Positions 60,599 through 64,000 of a DNA stretch of 64,000 nucleotides are shown piece after piece. The position numbers and the translations under genes are program-made. The DNA lies in assembly GCA_038884615.1 (NCBI GenBank), contig JAWABL010000001.1, positions 57,837 to 121,836 of the forward strand. Reading direction: 5' to 3'. The notes under the pieces are model-generated. The model worked only from the letters and a program-made list of their open reading frames with translations. It was not told the origin of the DNA and did not search any database. The DNA comes from Candidatus Woesearchaeota archaeon. GTDB taxonomy: Archaea; Nanobdellota; Nanobdellia; Woesearchaeales; DSVV01. Each line of letters starts with the position of its first letter. Within the stretch, counting starts at the first letter, position 1.

Positions 60599-60763
60599 GG
60601 CTGCGTTCAAAATCTCGTTTTCAGTCGGCTTACCATCATGTTAGCACTTTTCCGTTTAAATGAAAATATCTGGTTCTCCGTATGGAACAACTCACTTCAA
60701 ACCCATATGTGATTCCTGAATGTGCATACGCGGTGGATGCTAACACACTTTTTGAACGCAGCC
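60599..60763. mobile_element. miniature inverted-repeat element copy B (165 bp)
   Basis: perfect 14-bp terminal inverted repeats GGCTGCGTTCAAAA...TTTTGAACGCAGCC; imperfect flanking direct repeat TTCAAAT(T)G; sub-terminal inverted repeats TGTTAGCA/TGCTAACA. Confidence 0.8.
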
Positions 60764-60829
60764 TTTCAAATGGTTGTTCTTTATTTTATATTGGCTTTAT
60801 AGACAGGCTTACAGTAAAAATCGTAAAAA

Positions 60830-61106
60830 TATGCGGGCACACTCCAGAATGGACTTTGCTAGGCTGCATCAGTTTAACCTCGGTACCTTCTCAGTTCCGC
60901 TACCCTGTAAGCACCTGACGACTTAGTTAGTACTGCTCCATTCCTGGCCTGATACCTTTCCCAAGACGCCGATCCTACAGGACAGAACTTCACAGTTGGA
61001 ACCAAGACTGGTGAAACACAGCAATGCCTCTTCTGGAGTTTCGGTCCCATCATATAGCCCATCTATGGTGACAGGAGAGGGCTAACCTCCCGACCTAGCC
61101 CGCAGT
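60830..61106 (-). ncRNA. ffs: signal recognition particle RNA (7S/SRP RNA)
   Basis: minus-strand 5' end UGCGGGCUAGGUCGGGAGGUUAGCCCUCUCCUGU closely matches archaeal SRP RNA Alu-domain start (GGGCUAGGCCGGGGGGUU...UCCCCUGU as recalled); terminal helix UGCGGGC/GCCCGCA; domain-IV-like GUCAGGUG...GGAA...GAUGCAGCC; ~277 nt; TTTTTAAAA TATA ~25 nt upstream; T-run after 3' end. Confidence 0.7.
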
Positions 61107-61243
61107 CCAAAAGAAATGATGGATGTTTTAAAAATTTTCTGGCAGAATCTTAACTTATTAAATTTAACTTATAAAATAATCTACTTAGCCGCCGATTTAA
61201 TTGTTTATTTTATGGAATAAACATAGAATAATAGCAGGTCTAA

Positions 61244-62209
61244 TTATCCTGTTCCAAATCTTATCATTTCCATCAGCCATTCAAGTGAAAATCCCTCTAA
61301 ACCCCAAACAACAAAAAAACCAAAAAGGCAGCCGGCAGTTATAAATGGCATTGCAGGGTAAAATGTGTCGCTTTTTCCTTTAATCATAAGGGTGGCAAGC
61401 GCAAGAGTCGTGATAATTGCAATTAGTATAGGAAACAAAAAAGATGCTGTTAGCTTGAACACAACACCAGAAAAAAGAAGCGGAAACGCTATGTCCCCAC
61501 CCCCTAAAATAGCGCTTTTTTTTGTTGTTTTTTCTGTGTTTTCGTTTAGACTGGTTGTTACTGGCTTTTCATAAGGCACAAAAAAGCCGGCGAACATTTT
61601 TGATTCTGTTTGAAATTGGGCCATCTTTACCATATGCTTACTTTTCCAGACTGCCCAGATGTCATATATTGAAACTGCTATAAGAATAACAGCCACAGAA
61701 ATAAGATTAAGTATTGGAACCAACAATGCAGCAAGACCACCATATACAAATATCTCAGTTATATTATGTATATAGACATTTGGTTTAAGAATTTTGAATA
61801 TGCTCAATGCACAGGCAATAGCGAAAGTAAAAAAAAACGAGTATTCCTCAAGCCCTGTGAGCGCAGCGACCTTTCTTACAAAAGGTGCAAGAGCCATAAC
61901 TAAAGCTATCCCTACACCTATTGCAAACCAAGTTTTCCAAAGCCCTCTTTTCTTAAACTTCATAAGCAGCAGAACCAACACCGTGCCCACCACCACGGCG
62001 AAGAGAACATAAACCCATGAGCCAGACTCGCTTTTTACAGGAGGGGGAGTAAAGCCGGTGATATTGTATGTTTTTTCGTTAATAATAGTTTTTCCTTCTT
62101 CCGATGAACCTCTGGCGTCAATATACTCATTGAGGATAAGTATGCCCATCAATTGCGATGATAGAAATATCGCGAGCAACATTATTGTTACAGGAAATGT
62201 GTGTTTCAT
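61244..62209 (-). CDS. polytopic membrane protein, possible presenilin/SPP-type GxGD intramembrane aspartyl protease
   Basis: 321 aa, ~9 transmembrane helices; YD within a TM (SIYDIW), LGGGD (GxGD) motif and PAMP resembling the PAL motif, in the order expected for presenilin homologues. Confidence 0.4.
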   Translation of the reverse strand: MKHTFPVTIMLLAIFLSSQLMGILILNEYIDARGSSEEGKTIINEKTYNITGFTPPPVKSESGSWVYVLFAVVVGTVLVLLLMKFKKRGLWKTWFAIGVGIALVMALAPFVRKVAALTGLEEYSFFFTFAIACALSIFKILKPNVYIHNITEIFVYGGLAALLVPILNLISVAVILIAVSIYDIWAVWKSKHMVKMAQFQTESKMFAGFFVPYEKPVTTSLNENTEKTTKKSAILGGGDIAFPLLFSGVVFKLTASFLFPILIAIITTLALATLMIKGKSDTFYPAMPFITAGCLFGFFVVWGLEGFSLEWLMEMIRFGTG

Positions 62210-62456
62210 GCTTCACTTAATTTTGCTTTTGGTATTTAATTATTTTGGAATGTTTATCTTAAAAACTTATTATCTTATATTATTGTACCCTATATCCCTA
62301 TATTATTAATTATTCTATAAGATGAATAAGATTACATTTCATGCCTTTTGTATCATCGCACCAAATGCCCTAAAATAAAATAACACATAAAACCACCACT
62401 TTATTCAGTTTTCTTTTTTCAAATAAAAAAAGAAACTGACTGTTTGCGGAAGTTTC

Positions 62457-62621
62457 GGCTGCGTTCAAAATCTCGTTTTTGGTCGGTTTACCATCATATT
62501 GACACTTTTCCATTCAAATCAAAATATCTGGTTCTCCGTATGGAACAACTCACTTCAAACCCATATATGATTCCTGAATGTGCATACGCGGTGGATGCTA
62601 ACACACTTTTTGAACGCAGCC
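62457..62621. mobile_element. miniature inverted-repeat element copy C (165 bp)
   Basis: perfect 14-bp terminal inverted repeats and perfect 9-bp target-site duplication GGAAGTTTC on both flanks; 47 bp upstream of trpS. Confidence 0.85.
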
Positions 62622-62667
62622 GGAAGTTTCAAAAATTATATATACCCCATATGGTGTTCATTTTTGC

Positions 62668-63759
62668 ATGAAATACCTTGATCCATATAGCGGCGAGCTT
62701 GTAAAAGACTACCAAAAACTCATATCTGATTTTGGAATAGAGCCGTTCAGACCTGGGACCTTCCCAAACCCTAACCGATTGATGCGCCGCGGTATAATTT
62801 TCGGTGGTAGAGACCTTAAAGTAATCCAAGACTGCATCTCGAAAAAAAAGCCTTTTTATGTACTTTCAGGCATAATGCCCTCTGCAAAAAAGATTCATTT
62901 TGGCAATAAGATGGTGGTAGAGCAGATAAGATATTTTCAGGACCAGGGCGCACAGGCGTTTATTCTTGTTGCTGACATGGAGGCTTGTGCAGCAAGAGGC
63001 ATAGACTTAAATCTCGCACGGAAAAATGCGCTTGAACACCACATTCCAGCTTACATCGCGCTTGGACTTGATCCAAAAAAAACAACCTTCTATTTTCAAT
63101 CGGATAATAGGAGCGTCCTTTTGCTTGCTTATGAGTTCTCGCAAAAAATAACACTCAACGAGTTCAAAGCAATTTATGGCAATGCAGAGCCAGGCAGGGT
63201 GTTATCGGCGCTGACACAGGCAGGAGACATCCTTTATCCTCAGTTGTCACATAAGCGTCCCGGAATAATACCTGTTGGTGTAGACCAGGATCCGCATATA
63301 AGGCTCACACGGGATATAATCAACCGGACCAAGTCAAAATATGGCTTTGCGCCGGTTTGTTCTATCTACCACAAGTATATGCCCTCGCTTGATGGTAGTA
63401 TTAAAATGTCAAAATCAAACTCTTCATCGGTTATTGAGCTTCCTGAGGACATCCCTTCTGTTAGAAAAAAAATAAGCCGCGCGCTCACTGGCGGAAGGGC
63501 AACTCTGGAGGAACACCGCAGGCTTGGTGCAGAAATTGAAAAAGATATGGTTTTTGAGCTTCTTAAATTTCACCTTGTGGAGGATGATTTAGAGCTTGAA
63601 AGAATATATAATGACTACTCTTCCGGCAGGATGACATCTGGCGAAATAAAAGAAGTGGCGTGCGAAAAAATGGAGTTGTTCATGAAAGACTTTATATACA
63701 AGCTTGAAAAGGCAAGGCATCTTGTTTGTAATCTGGACTTTGTGAAGTTTGGCAAATGA
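62668..63759 (+). CDS. trpS: tryptophanyl-tRNA synthetase (archaeal/eukaryotic type)
   Basis: class-I HIGH-like (KIHFGN) and KMSKS motifs; C-terminal region closely resembles eukaryotic/archaeal TrpRS (TGGRATLEEHRRLG..., EDDLELERIYNDYSSGRMTSGEIK). Confidence 0.8.
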   Translation: MKYLDPYSGELVKDYQKLISDFGIEPFRPGTFPNPNRLMRRGIIFGGRDLKVIQDCISKKKPFYVLSGIMPSAKKIHFGNKMVVEQIRYFQDQGAQAFILVADMEACAARGIDLNLARKNALEHHIPAYIALGLDPKKTTFYFQSDNRSVLLLAYEFSQKITLNEFKAIYGNAEPGRVLSALTQAGDILYPQLSHKRPGIIPVGVDQDPHIRLTRDIINRTKSKYGFAPVCSIYHKYMPSLDGSIKMSKSNSSSVIELPEDIPSVRKKISRALTGGRATLEEHRRLGAEIEKDMVFELLKFHLVEDDLELERIYNDYSSGRMTSGEIKEVACEKMELFMKDFIYKLEKARHLVCNLDFVKFGK

Positions 63760-64000
63760 AGTTTGCAATAATTATTATATTCACTTAAATTAAAGTTTCA
63801 TATCAAAATCTCATCTCAAAAAACAAAAGGCAAACCGCCTTTCAAGACCAAAATGAATATTTTTTTGTCCAATAAATCTAATTAAGTTTAATTAAATTTA
63901 AATATTGCAACATTACTTTTTAAAAAGTGGTGATACGAATGGATGCAAATTTAATATGGCAAAAGTTTTATGAGTGGGATGTTGCCGGCGCGTTTATTAT

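Noticed and set aside
60874-61062. 62-aa minus-strand ORF
   Set aside because: Entirely inside the SRP RNA gene
63940-64000. ORF beginning MDANLIWQKFYEWDVAGAFI at the window edge
   Set aside because: Only 20 codons visible; cannot be assessed

Overview
Archaeal, AT-rich chromosomal window with a euryarchaeal/DPANN-type replication module (ORB-like repeats, Orc1/Cdc6, PolD small and large subunits), that uses Shine-Dalgarno motifs and has TATA boxes of the form YTTATAAAAAG. Most of it is core genome: (i) a complete, tightly overlapping pyrimidine-biosynthesis operon on the minus strand (carA-carB-pyrB-pyrI-pyrD-pyrK-pyrC-pyrE, 18..9249); (ii) the canonical archaeal ribosomal-protein super-operon from L3 to SecY plus a DUF106/Oxa1-like membrane protein (25542..40136, minus strand); (iii) the Cdc6-PolD replication module next to an AT-rich putative oriC (50160..57006). 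Other features are a cluster of four intron-containing tRNA genes (Leu, His, probable Arg, probable Cys), three copies of a ~165-bp miniature inverted-repeat element with 14-bp terminal inverted repeats and ~9-bp target-site duplications, an SRP (7S) RNA gene, an AbrB-like regulator translationally coupled to three large N-glycosylation-rich surface/adhesin-like proteins, and a five-gene operon linking a ThiS-like sulfur carrier (C-terminal GG), a TtuA/NcsA-type tRNA thiolase, RNase P protein Rpp30, a double radical-SAM/SPASM enzyme and a B12-binding radical-SAM enzyme. That operon is convergent with a small membrane-anchored Cys/His-rich protein. Also present are glycogen phosphorylase, CorA, TrmI, a THUMP methyltransferase, an Nre-family protein, patatin, DedA, acylphosphatase, aIF2-beta, TrpRS and several hypothetical membrane or coiled-coil proteins. 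The supplied ORF track uses alternative start codons (TTG/GTG), so several N-termini were moved to internal ATGs; those changes are stated per feature. No CRISPR array or defence genes were recognised.
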